A DNA stretch of 64,000 bases, taken from positions 141,486,001 through 141,550,000 of the forward strand of contig NC_086097.1 in assembly GCF_963921235.1 (NCBI RefSeq), written 5' to 3'. The notes below the pieces were generated by a model. That model worked only from the letters and a program-made list of their open reading frames with translations. It had not been told where the DNA came from and did no database searches. Shown one piece after another: positions 41,283-53,394 of the stretch. The position numbers and the translations under genes were made by a program. This DNA is from Mobula hypostoma (Eukaryota). Numbering within the stretch: the stretch's first letter is position 1; the number at the start of each line of letters is the position of its first letter.

Positions 41283-42094
41283 TTAGTTTGTATTTGCTTC
41301 ATTTTGTGTAGACAGGTCTTGAGAATTAGAATCAAAGGCATCTAGGGCTTCACCTTGAGCAGAAAAACTTTCAGTGGTGGAATCAGGGACCTCACTAGGA
41401 GCAGAAATATTTTGGGTACCAGCTTTAGGATCTTCACTAGGGGGAGGTAAGTTTTGAACAGTTGAGTCAGAGGCTTCACCAGGAATGGATACATCTCTTG
41501 TGCTGTCTTTAGGAACAGATATATCTTCTGTGGTGGAATCAGGAGTATTACCAGGAATGTTACTGGCATTAGGGGCTTCACTAGAGACAGACACATCATG
41601 AGTAGTAGAATCAGGGTCTTCAACGAATATGGATACATCTGGGACGTGCAAAGTTGGGACTTCATCAGGAACTATTAATTCTTGGGTACTGGTTTCAGGA
41701 ACTTCAGCAAGAGTAGTTCCATCTGCTGTGCCAGCATCAGGGACTTGAGCAGGAGATGCTACATCTTCTGTGCCAATATCAGGTATTTCAACAGGAGCAG
41801 GTATGTCACTGGTGCTGATAACAGAGTCTTCACCAAGAACATTAACATCTCTTGTATCAGAATCAAGATCTTCAATTGTTGCAGATGCAGTTATGGTGTT
41901 AAAATCAGCAAATTCATCAGGAACAGATATATCTTGGGTCTCAGATGCAATCTTACTATCAGATATGTTTATCTCTTGCTCATCAGTGGGAGCTTCCGTG
42001 TCCACAAATTCAGGAGGTTCAATAGCAGTAGTACTAGGTGCATTTGAAGGGGAATCTGATAGTAAAGCTGTACTGGAAATAGTTAGTCCCTCAT
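41283..42094 (-). CDS. NME8: Putative terminal exon of the NME8-like gene: 270-aa acidic S/T/P-rich 14-aa repeat tail
   Basis: Acceptor TTACTTATAATTACAG|ATGAGG. Phase matches the phase-1 donor at 53395 (G|AT = Asp). 812 nt open frame in non-TE sequence. Linkage inferred. Confidence 0.65.
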
Positions 42095-42325
42095 CTGTAA
42101 TTATAAGTAAACATAACAATTACACTTGGAACTAAAATGACACAGTTGTAATAGTTTATTTAATAATTTCATTTATTTATCATGCAGTGAGCTTCATTGT
42201 ATATCACAAAATACTTGTCTTACTACTTCAAGTTGTTTCTCTTAACTTTCTAACACTTATTTTACTGTAATCAGAATTGAACCTTGTACTTTTGTTTAGT
42301 AGTTGATTTTGAGTTTGAGATTTGA

Positions 42326-45300
42326 GAAACATAGAAACATAGAAAATAGGTGCAGGAGTAGGCCATTCGGCCCTTCGAGCCTGCACCGCCATTTATTATG
42401 ATCATGGCTGATCATCCAACTCAGAACCCAGCCTTCCCTCCATACCCCCTGACCCCTGTAGCCACAAGGGCCATATCTAACTTCCTTTTAAACATAGCTA
42501 ATGAACTGGCCTCAACAGTTTGCTGTGGCAGAGAATTCCACAGATTCACCACTCTCTGTGTGAAGAAGTTTTTCCTAACCTCGGTCCTAAAAGGCTTCCC
42601 CTCTATCCTCAAACTGTGACCCCTCGTTCTAGACCTCCCCAACATCGGGAACAATCTTCCCGCATCTAGCCTGTCCAATCCCTTTAGGATCTTATATGTT
42701 TCAATCAGATCCCCCCTCAATCTTCTAAATTCCAACGAGTACAAGCCCAGTTCATCCAGTCTTTCTTCATATGAAAGACCTGCCATCCCAGGAATCAATC
42801 TGGTGAACCTTCTTTGTACTCCCTCTATGGCAAAGATGTCCTTCCTCAGATTAGGGGACCAAAACTGCACACAATACTCCAGGTGTGGTCTCACCAAGGC
42901 CTTGTACAACTGCAGTAGTACCTCCCTGCTCCTGTACTCGAATCCTCTCGCTATAAATGCCAGCATACCGTTCGCCTTTTTCACCGCCTGCTGTACCTGC
43001 ATGCCCACTTTCAATGACTGGTGTATAATGACACCCAGGTCTCGTTGCACCTCCCCTTTTCCTAATCGGCCACCATTCAGATAATAATCTGTTTTCCTAT
43101 TTTTGCCACCAAAGTGGATAACTTCACATTTATCCACATTAAATTGCATCTGCTATGAGTTTGCCCACTCACCCAACCTATCCAAGTCACCCTGCATCCT
43201 CTTAGCATCCTCCTCACTGCTAACACTGCCACCCAGCTTCGTGTCATCCGCAAACTTGGAGATGCTGCATTTAATTCCCTCATCCAAGTCATTAATATAT
43301 ATTGTAAACAACTGGGGTCCCAGCACTGAGCCTTGCGGTACCCCACTAGTCACCGCCTGCCATTCTGAAAAGGTCCCGTTTATTCCCACTCTTTGCTTCC
43401 TGTCTGCTAACCAATTCTCCACCCACACCAATACCTTACCCCCAATACCGTGTGCTTTAAGTTTGCACACTAATCTCCTGTGTGGGACCTTGTCAAAAGC
43501 CTTTTGAAAATCCAAATATACCACATCCACTGGTTCTCCCCTATCCACTCTACTAGTTACATCCTCAAAAAATTCTATGAGATTCGTCAGACATGATTTT
43601 CCTTTCACAAATCCATGCTGACTTTGTCCGATCATTTCACCGCTTTCCAAATGTGCTGTTATCACATCCTTGATAACTGACTCCAGCAGTTTCCCCACCA
43701 CCGACGTTAGGCTAACCGGCCTATAATTCCCCGGTTTCTCTCTCCCTCCTTTTTTAAAAAGTGGAGTTACATTAGCCACCCTCCAATCCTCAGGAACTAG
43801 TCCAGAATCTAACGAGTTTTGAAAAATTATCACTAATGCATCCACTATTTCTTGGGCCACTTCCTTAAGCACTCTGGGATGCAGACCATCTGGCCCTGGG
43901 GATTTATCTGCCTTCAATCCCTTCAATTTACCTAACACCACTTCCCTACTAACATGTATTTCGCTCAGTTCCTCCATCTCACTGGACCCTCTGTCCCTTA
44001 CTATTTCTGGAAGATTATTTATGTCCTCCTTAGTGAAGACAGAACCAAAGTAATTATTCAATTGGTCTGCCATGTCCTTGCTCCCCATAATCAATTCACC
44101 TGTTTCTGTTTGCAGGGGACCTACATTTGTCTTTATCAGTCTTTTCCTTTTTACATATCTATAAAAGCTTTTACAGTCCGTTTTTATGTTCTCTGCCAGT
44201 TTTCTCTCATAATCTTTTTTCCCCTTCCTAATTAAGCCCTTTGTCCTCCTCTGCTGAACTCTGAATTTCTCCCAGTCCTCAGGTGAGCCACTTTCTCTGG
44301 CTAATTTGTATGCTACTTCTTTGGAATTGATACTATCCCTAATTTCTCTTGTCAGCCACGGGTGCACTACCTTCCTTGATTTATTCTTTTGCCAAACTGG
44401 GATGAACAATTGTTGTAGTTCATCCATGCAACCTTTAAATGCCTGCCATTGCATATCCACCGTCAATCCTTGAAGTGTCATTTGCCAGTCTATCTTAGCT
44501 AATTCACGTCTCATACCTTCAAAGTTACCCCTCTTTAAGTTCAGAACCTTTGTTTCTGAATTAACTACGTCACTCTCCATGTTAATGAAGAATTCCACCA
44601 TATTATGGTCACTCTTACCCAAGGGGCCTCTCACGACAAGATCGCTGATGAACCCTTCCTCATTGCTCAAAACCCAGTCCAGAATAGCCTGCTCTCTAGT
44701 CGGTTCCTCGACATGTTGGTTCAAAAAACCATCCCACATACATTCCAAGAAATCCTCTTCCTCAGCACCTTTACCAATTTGGTTCACCCAGTCTACATGT
44801 AGATTGAAGTCACCCATTATAACTGCTGTTCCTTTATTGCACACATTTCTAATTTCCTGTTTAATACCATCTCCGACCTCACTGCTACTGTTAGGTGGCC
44901 TGTACACAACTCCCACCAGCGTCTTCTGCCCCTTAGTGTTACGCAGCTCTACCCATATCGATTCCACATCTTCCCGGCTTATGTCCTTCCTTTCTATTGC
45001 GTTAATCTCTTTTTTAACCAGCAATGCCACCCCACCTCCCCTTCCTTCATGTCTATCCCTCCTGAATATTGAATATCCCTGAACGTTGAGCTCCCATCCC
45101 TGGTCACCCTGGAGCCATGTCTCTGTGATCCCAACTATATCATAATCATTAATAACAATCTGCACTTTCAATTCATCCACCTTATTACGAATGCTCCTTG
45201 CATTGACACATAAAGCCTTCAGGCGCTCTTTTACAACTCTCTTAGCCCTTTTTAATGCTTGCCCTGGATTTGTCGGCCTGCCACTTTTATTTTTCCCCTT

Positions 45301-45921
45301 TGTACTTTTTGCTTCTACGCTCACTTTACACCCCTCTGTCTCTCTGCACTGGTTCCCATCCCTCTGTTGTGAACTAACCTCCTCACACCTAGCCACTTTA
45401 ATTTGATTCCCACCCCCCAACCATTCTAGTTTAAAGTCACCTCAGTAGCCCCCGCTAATCTCCCTGCCAGGATATTGGTCCCCCTAGGATTTAAGTGTAA
45501 CCCGTCCTTTTTGTACAGGTCACACCTGCGCCAAAAGAGGTCCCAATGATCCAAAAACTTGAATCCCTGCCCCCTGCTCCAATCCCTCAGCCACGCATTT
45601 ATCCTCCACCTCATCGCATTCCTACTCTCACTGTCGCGTGGCACAGGCAGTAATCCCGAGATTACTACCTTTGCGGTCCTTTTTCTCAACTCCCTTCCTA
45701 GCTCCCTATATTCTTCTTTCAGGACCTCATCCCTTTTCCTACCTATGTCATTGGTACCTATATGTACCAGGACCTCTGGCTCTTCACCCTCCCACTTCAG
45801 GATATCTTGGACACGATCAGAAATATCCCGGACCCTGGCACCAGGGAGGCAAACTACCATCCGAGTCTCTGGACTGCGTCCACAGAATCGCCTATCTGAC
45901 CCCCTTACTATCGAGTCCCCT
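42326..45921 (-). mobile_element. Young CR1 LINE: ORF1 SGNH esterase part + essentially complete ORF2 (APE endonuclease + RT)
   Basis: ORF1 GDSIVRG, GTND, DGLH. ORF2 NARS, ITETW, YRPP, GDFN, SDH, QGSVLGP, FADD. Only lesion seen in ORF2 is one in-frame TAG at 43153-43155. CATAGAAA tail repeat. Confidence 0.95.
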
Positions 45922-46019
45922 TTTCTACCCCTTTTTATGTGCAAGTCACATATAAATGTATTTTGTACATATTTTGAAGTGTTCGTACCTATTTCTGCCA
46001 TGTTTCATCTGTAATAGAA

Positions 46020-48178
46020 TATAACAAATTATTGTCCTTGAAGATTATGGAATTGAAAAACTTAGTGACTTAATCAATGGCATTTATGAGACTGGAATAA
46101 TACCAGAAGAGATGAAAAAATCAGTATTCATCACTCTTCCTAAGAAACTTGGAGCAATAGAATGTGAATTACATAGGACCATAAGTTTAAAACCATATAA
46201 CCATATAACAATTACAGCACAGAAACAGGCCATCTCGGCCCTTCTAGTCTGTGTCGAACTCTTACTCTCACTTAGTCCCACCAACCTGCATTCAGCCCAT
46301 AACCCTCCATTCCTTTCCTGTCCATATAGCTGTCCAGTTTAACTTTAAACAACAACGTCGAACCTGCCTCAACCACTTCTGCTGGAAGCTCGTTCCACAC
46401 AGCTACCACTCTCTGAGTAAAAAAGTTCGGCCTCATGTTACCCATAAACTTTTGCCCTTTAACTCTCAACTCATGTCCTCTTGTTTCAATCTCCCCCACT
46501 CTCAATGGAAAAAGCTTATCCATGTCAACTCTGTCTATTTCCCTCATAATTTTAAATACCTCTATCACGTCCCCTCTCAACCTTCTACATTCCAAAGAAT
46601 AAAGACCCAACTTGTTCAACCTTTCTCTGTAACTTAGGTGATGAAATCCAGGTAACATTCTAGTAAATCTTCTCTGTACTCTCTCCATTTTGCTGACATC
46701 CTTCCTATAATTTGGTGACCAAAACTGTACACAATACTCCAAACTTGGCCTCACCAATGCCTTGTACAATTTTAACATTACATCCCAACACCTATACTCA
46801 ATGCTCTGATTTATAAAGGCGAGCAAACCAAAAGCTTTCTTCACCAACCTATCCACATGAGATTCCACCTTCAGTGAACTATGTACCAATATTCCTAGAT
46901 CCCTCTGTTCTACTGCATTCTTCAAAGAGTCATATCACCAAGATTCTTCTAAGAATTTTGATGATGAGCTAAAAGTAAGATACAAGCTGAAATAGGTAAA
47001 GAACAATGTGATTTTGTGAAAGACAAAGGTACAAGAAACGCAATATTGATGTTAAGGATACAATCAGAACGAGCTATTCAAGTGCAAAAAGATTTGTTTG
47101 TTTTATTGACTACACAAAAGCATTTGATAAAGTGAAGCACAATAAATTGTTTGAAATATTACAGAAAACTCTAGATCTAGATTTGAAAGACCTCCGCCTA
47201 ATCAGAAATCTGTACTGGGAACAAACTGCTGCTATAACAATAGATGGAGAAGTGAGTCAGTTTACGAAAATCAAGAGAGGCATTAGACAAGGGTATGTTT
47301 TCTCCCCTGATATACTTAATGTGTACAGTGAAATAATATTACAAAAAATAAGAGACATCTTGGGAATCAAAGTTGGCAGTGAAAACAACAATAATTTCAG
47401 ATATGCAGATGACACTGCAAGTACGCAGTGCAAGTACGGAGGAAGAACTACAAAACTTAATTGATGTAGTTGTTGAAGAAAGTGCAAAAATGGGTCTATC
47501 TATCAATTGCAAAAAGACAGAATGTATGGTGATATCAAAAAAGGAGAAACCTATCTGCAGGCTGAGAATAAATGGGGAAGATATAAAACAAGTACAGAAC
47601 TTTTGCTACTTAGGAAGCTGGGTGAGATCAGATGGCAGGTGCGACATGGACATCAAAAGAAGAATAGGGATGGCAAAGACACCTTTACAAGATTGAAGAG
47701 CATACTGACCAATACTAAACTAGGCATGACGACCCACCTCAGAGTACTGAAATGTTACGTTTATCCAGTTATGTTATATAGCTCAGAATGTTGGACAATA
47801 TCTTGTAATATGAGGAAAGGAATTCAAGCAGCAGAGATGTGGCTTTTGAAGAGGATGCAAAGAATATTATGGATGAAATGAATATCTAACGAGGACGTCA
47901 TGAACAGAGCAAACACAAAAAGAGAAATAATGTTGAGATCATGAAAAGGCAACGTAACTTCATTGGACATGTGATTAGGAAAGAGGAGTTAGAATGCACT
48001 GTAATTATGGGAAAGATTGAAGGGATGAAAGCAAGAGGAAGACAAAGACAAATGATGATGGAGACAGCAGCCAGAGAACTGGAAATAAATACCAATGAAT
48101 TGATCCACTTGACCCGAAACAGGAGTGTGTGGGCCATAGCAGTCAAAGCTCAAACTGGGCATGGCACCTGATGATGAT
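46020..48178 (+). mobile_element. RTE-clade LINE, 5'-truncated, interrupted by a CR1
   Basis: SVFITLPKK..AIECELHRTISL, GIRQGYVFSP, RYADD, FCYLGS motifs; (TGA)n tail at ~48170. Confidence 0.85.
46191..46925 (-). mobile_element. CR1 3' fragment inserted in the RTE element
   Basis: Open ORF 46272..46925 (LEYCVQFWSP); AACCATAT tail repeat; RTE reading resumes after 46925. Confidence 0.9.
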
Positions 48179-48429
48179 TCATCTATAAGGAAGATGGACT
48201 GTACACTTTTACATTATAAGTGTTTTGTTGCTGTCAAAGGTTGCAGTATTTTGTGCATGAGGTGTTGTGATCTGTGACACTGACTGCCTGTTACCTGATA
48301 GAGCTGCTCTATATGGAGATCCCCAGGACATTGTGTGCATTTTAATTTCTATTTAAATCTAAGTCATGGTTTGCAAATTAATCACACTATATGGTTGTAC
48401 TATAAAGGAGATGGTATTTTGTATTTAAG

Positions 48430-48640
48430 CTGGTGGCGTAGTGGCATCAGCGCCGGACTTTGGAGTGAAGGCTCCCGAGTTCGAATCCAGTCCGCTCCCT
48501 TGCACGCTTTCCATCTGTGCTGGGTTGAGCGTTGAGCTAGCAACTCAGCCTCGTAAAATAAGAAAGCCTGCTAAAAAAAAAACGCCATCGTGACAGTGTC
48601 ACAATGACTCCACTCGGAGTTAAGGGCTTTCTTCTTCTTC
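48430..48640 (+). mobile_element. tRNA-derived SINE, full length
   Basis: A box TGGCGTAGTGG, B box GTTCGAATCC, (CTT)n tail, 14-bp TSD ATTTTGTATTTAAG at 48416-48429 and 48641-48654. Confidence 0.9.
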
Positions 48641-48849
48641 ATTTTGTATTTAAGGGCAATGTAATAACTGCAAAATGTAAGTATTTTGAAGGAACCGTTT
48701 CAGAAGATGATTCCAATATGGATGTTTGTTTTATGTTGTATTATCCATGCATTAATGATGTAAAAAGATACCAGAAATACTGTCTGGTTCGGAAATTGCA
48801 CCATCTTGGATCGCAAGGCCCTGCAGTGGATTCATCGGGGTCTCTCTTC

Positions 48850-49316
48850 CTGCCATTACAGACATTTACACCACATGCTGCATCCGTAAAGCAAACAGCA
48901 TTACGAAGGACCCCACGCACCCCTCATATAAACTCTTCTCCCTCCTGCCATCTGGCAAAAGGCACCGAAGCATTTGGGTTCTCACGACCAGACTATGTAA
49001 CAGTTTCTTCCCCCAAGCCATCAGACTCCTCAATACCCAGAGCCTGGACTGACACCAACCTACTGCCCTCTACTGTGCCTATTGTCTTGTTTATTACTTA
49101 CTGTAATGCCTACACTATTTTGTGCACTTTATGCAGCCCTGGGTAGGTCTGTAGTCTAGAGTAGTTTTTGTGTTGTTTTACGTAGTTCAGTATAGTTTTT
49201 GTATTGTTCATGTAGCAACATGGTCCTGAAAAATGTTGTCTCGTTTTTACTGTGTACTGTACCAGCAGTTATGGTCAAAATGACAATAAAAAATGAATTG
49301 AATTGACTTGACTTGA
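48850..49316 (+). mobile_element. Rex1/Babar-like LINE 3' fragment
   Basis: RKANSITKDPTHPSYKLFSLLPSGKRHRS reading; (GACTT)n tail. Confidence 0.72.
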
Positions 49317-49932
49317 AATATTATAACCCATAGAAATAGGGTAGCAGCCAATTCCTTCCATATATACCTTTAAAATATTTTGAGTTTCCTTGTCTTCTTT
49401 GAGTCTTTCTGTAATCTGTGGTCCAATCTTTTTGGTTTCCTTTGTGAATGCCTATGGTACAACAGCTGTGTACTTCCTGGGTTTACATTGTTAATGCACC
49501 CAGGATAAGTTAGAAGTAAGTCAGCTTGAAGAAATTAATAATTTCTATAAATATTTTGGGACAAGTGTATCATTTTTACTATGTATAAATTCTACAGATG
49601 GCCTCTCATGGGATTACCCCCATAACCCTTATCCACTATACTGTTTAACAGTTAAGAAAAATAGCATGATCTTTAGGGAACGTCGCTATCTACCTCCCAT
49701 CAGTTTTAACATACCTTCCAAGACGCTCTTCTTTCTGAACCGGAAAAAAATTCTCATCTATGTTGTCACTGATCCTTTCAATCCATGTCCTGAACTTTAC
49801 AAATCACACTTTTATATAGGCTCTTTGGAAATCAATGTAGTTTTGATTATCTGCAGAATGGCCTTAAGCCTTGAACATCTGAATACAGTACTAACTCAGG
49901 AGCATGAAAGGTGACCGGTACACCAACTTACA

Positions 49933-50479
49933 CACTGAGTGGCTATTTTATTAGGTACACCTATACACCTGCTTATTAATGCAAATCTCTAATCGGCCAA
50001 TCATGTGACAGCAACAATGCATAAAAGCATGCAGATATGGTCATGTGGTTCAGTTGTTGATGAAATCAAACAACAAAATGGGGAAGATGTCATCTAAGAG
50101 ACTTTGACTGTGGAATGATTATTAGTACCAGAAAAGGTGGTTTGTGTATCTCAGAAACTGCTGATCTCCTAGGATTTCATGCACAGCCGCCTGTAGAGTT
50201 TAAAGAGAATGGTGTGAAAAACCAAAAAAACATCCAGTGGCCGGCTATTCTGTGGGTGAAAATACCTTGTTAATAAGAAGGGTCAGAACAGAATGGCCAG
50301 ACTGGTTGAAGGAGACAGGAAGGCTGGAGTAAATCAAATAACCACGCGTTACAACATTGGGCATGTAGAGGAGCATCTCTGAATGCAGAAACCATGAAGT
50401 GGATGGGCTACAGCAGCTGAAAACCAAGACATACTGTATACACAGTTATGGAGGTACCTAATAAAATGGACACTGAGTG
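49933..50479 (+). mobile_element. Second copy of the non-autonomous Tc1-like element
   Basis: Colinear with 33738-34286; TIRs CACTGAGTGGCTATTTTATTAGGTAC / GTACCTAATAAAATGGACACTGAGTG followed by TA. Confidence 0.83.
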
Positions 50480-52419
50480 TATGTCTTATGGATATCTCTG
50501 ACAGATAACTGGAAAAACGTGTAACATCAGTTTGGGTGCAGTGCAGGCATGCATTTGTCATGTTGCTGCTGCTCTCCCAGTTAAAAGCACTGGAAGCTGT
50601 TGACTCATACACACCAGTTGCTGCCTGAGCTCTCAACTGTAGTTTCATTCACACATTGCCCACTGGGAAGAATGTCAGCACTAATAAAATGAACTCTCCA
50701 CATACAGTGCCATGAAATGAGAGAAAATTTGGAATTAGGGATGGGTAGTAAGTAAGAAAGAGGAATAAATAGAGAGGAAGAAAGGAAATGGACAAAAATA
50801 AAATGCAAAGGGGAGGAAGGGGGATAAACTGTAGAAAGGTATTTAAAGAGTGAGGGGGGAAATTACAATATGGAGTAGCCCTATCAAGCCTCATGCCATG
50901 AACATTCTGTTGCCAATTAAATCATCAGGGTCCCAGATCACAACATCCTGTGCACAAATGATGCAACCGTAAACAGTGCTGTATCCATGCAGAAGGAAAC
51001 CACCCAAAGGTCATTGTGAGAGAGGCAGAAGCAATACCCCAGCAGAAACCTTTAATTCTTCTATGGGTCTGGACTTGTTGCGTGATTTACTCTTTGAGCA
51101 AATAACAAAGGTCCTGGTTTGTGATGAGAAATTACACCAGTGTTTGGGTGAATCATGTTAAAAAGTGTCCAATCCAACTCTCTGTTGGATAAGACCTGCT
51201 AATCTTCCACAATCTCAAAATCATGAAATTCCTCTTTCAGTAATCACTGATGCCACATAAAAATTCAAAGAAGGTTTCACTTCAAGATCTAAGGAGTCAG
51301 TGGAAGTAGGTGAATGTTTATGTCTGTGTGGTGCATCCCACGGATGTGAGGATGATAATTAAATGCTCACTCAGCAGCAGTTTGAAGCATATTAGTTATT
51401 TCCATTGAGGGTCTTGTTACCACTTCCTTACAAATCCTTGTCCAGTTTTGGTCTCTGCACAAGGAAGTTAATTACAAAGCTTCCAGATGATGGGGAAGAC
51501 AGACAGCATCTACATTGCGATGAGCAATAAGCTAGGTGGACCAAAGTTTTGCATTGTGCACATGAGGCTGGTAGGTTGAGTTGTACAGTCATAATGCAGA
51601 GTCATTAAGTATAGTACCTTCCTTTACATAAATACACTGTGATGAATTCAGTATCAGATTTCACTATAAGATGATACAGTATATTGCTGTATATAATTTA
51701 GATGACAATTTGCCATTACAGAATCCACAAATCATTACAGATATGGATTGAAGATTTGATGTTACACAATTTATGTCAGAAAATAGTACTGAGCTAAACA
51801 CAAATTTTAAAAAAAGACAACTCTTGTCAATATTTTCCAGGGTGTAATGTTATGGAAAATATTATGGTTTTCTAGTAATACAACCTCCCTGTAATGTGAG
51901 AGGTGTAATGTAGTTCTGTCGCCCATAACTAGAAAGTAAGTGAACTTCTCTGTATTATCTTGGCTGTCTTGCTAAAGTCATTAAACTTCTGAAAATCTAT
52001 TAATGCCATCTTAAGGATGAGGGAGCTGGCATTCAGTAATGATGATGCTTCAATTGTGTTGCTATATTCTTGTTTGCTTTATTTTTAATAGGTTAGGCAG
52101 TACCCACAATCTCCCACCTCTTCTTTCCATCTCCACCTGGAATAGGGCTCTAATCTTCATTTGAATGAAGGCTTGCCTAGCTGCCTTCTGCATACAGGAA
52201 ATGCTTGAGAGGTCTCAGGTTTATAAAGGGTCACAGTCATGTGCAGGTGTTTAAGTATGACTGTATCTGGAGAAGCACATTAAGTGCACACATACTACAT
52301 ATGTTAACATTTACATGTGTGCATTGATTACTGGTGGAGATGGAGGAGCCCATACACCCCTGCCCTACCTTATGCACATCTTTATAAGACATCTGATCTT
52401 TTTACTTGTTTGTGGAGCC

Positions 52420-53045
52420 TTAGTAGCATTGATGTACTGAGGGATCTTGGGCTGCAAGCCCACAGCTCCCTGAAAGTGGTGACACATGTAGGTAGCATGC
52501 TGAAGAAGGCATATGGCATCCTTGATTCCATCACTTAGAGTGTTGAGTATAAAAGTCGAGAAATTGCAGGTGTATAAATCTTTGGTTACACCATGTTTAA
52601 AATATTATGTGCAGTTTTGATTACCACATTACAAGAAGAATGTAAAGGAGTTGGAGGTCATGCTAAAGAGGTTCACCAGGATGTTGTCTGGATTAGTGAG
52701 TATCAGCTATAAGGAGAGATTGAACAAACTTGGATAGTTTTCTCTGGAACACTGAAAAATGGAGGATGACCTAAAAGGAGTATTTAAGGTATGAGGCCGA
52801 AGGTTTAAAGGAGATTTATGTGGCAGATTTTTTAGAGAGTGGTTGGTGTTTGGAATATCAGCAAAGTGGTGGAAGCAGATACTTTGGTAACATTTAAGAG
52901 GTAATTACAGGCATATGAACAGGCAGGGAATGGAGAGGTAAGGATCTCACGCAGGAAGATGGGGATAATTCGATTGCATTATGGTTGACACAGACAAGGT
53001 GGGCTCAAGGGCCTGTTCCTGTGCTGTATTGTTCTATATGCTATG
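52420..53045 (+). mobile_element. Degraded CR1 3' fragment
   Basis: RDLGLQAHSSLKV..., CR1-type 3' end GGGCCTGTTCCTGTGCTGTATTGTTCTA. Confidence 0.7.
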
Positions 53046-53394
53046 CAGTGGGTAACAAAGCTTCTTGAATTTTCTGCCCGGCAAAATAATAAAGACTGGA
53101 TTATTAACAATATTTAAAGTGAAAATAGATAAATATTTGAAAGACTGATAAGTTAAGAGTTATGGGGAGCTGGCACAGAAGTGGAGTTGAGACCAACACA
53201 GATCATCCATGGTCATATTGAATGGTGAGGTAGATTTGAGAGTCATGGTAGCCTATTTTCTAGTATAAATGTTGGCAAATGTATGAAACTAATTACGTAC
53301 AGAGCTTGATAAATGTTACCACACTGCTTTATAGATGAACATAAATATGCAAACACTACACTGCATTTGGAAATTGGAATCATAATAAAATTAC

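Noticed and set aside
45922..46001. N-terminal extension MAEIGTN... of the esterase ORF as a host-TE fusion gene
   Set aside because: Chance open frame in the flank of a 5'-truncated CR1, with no splice or promoter support.
48430..48500. tRNA gene
   Set aside because: A/B boxes are present but continue into a non-tRNA body and (CTT)n tail bounded by a TSD, so it is a SINE head.
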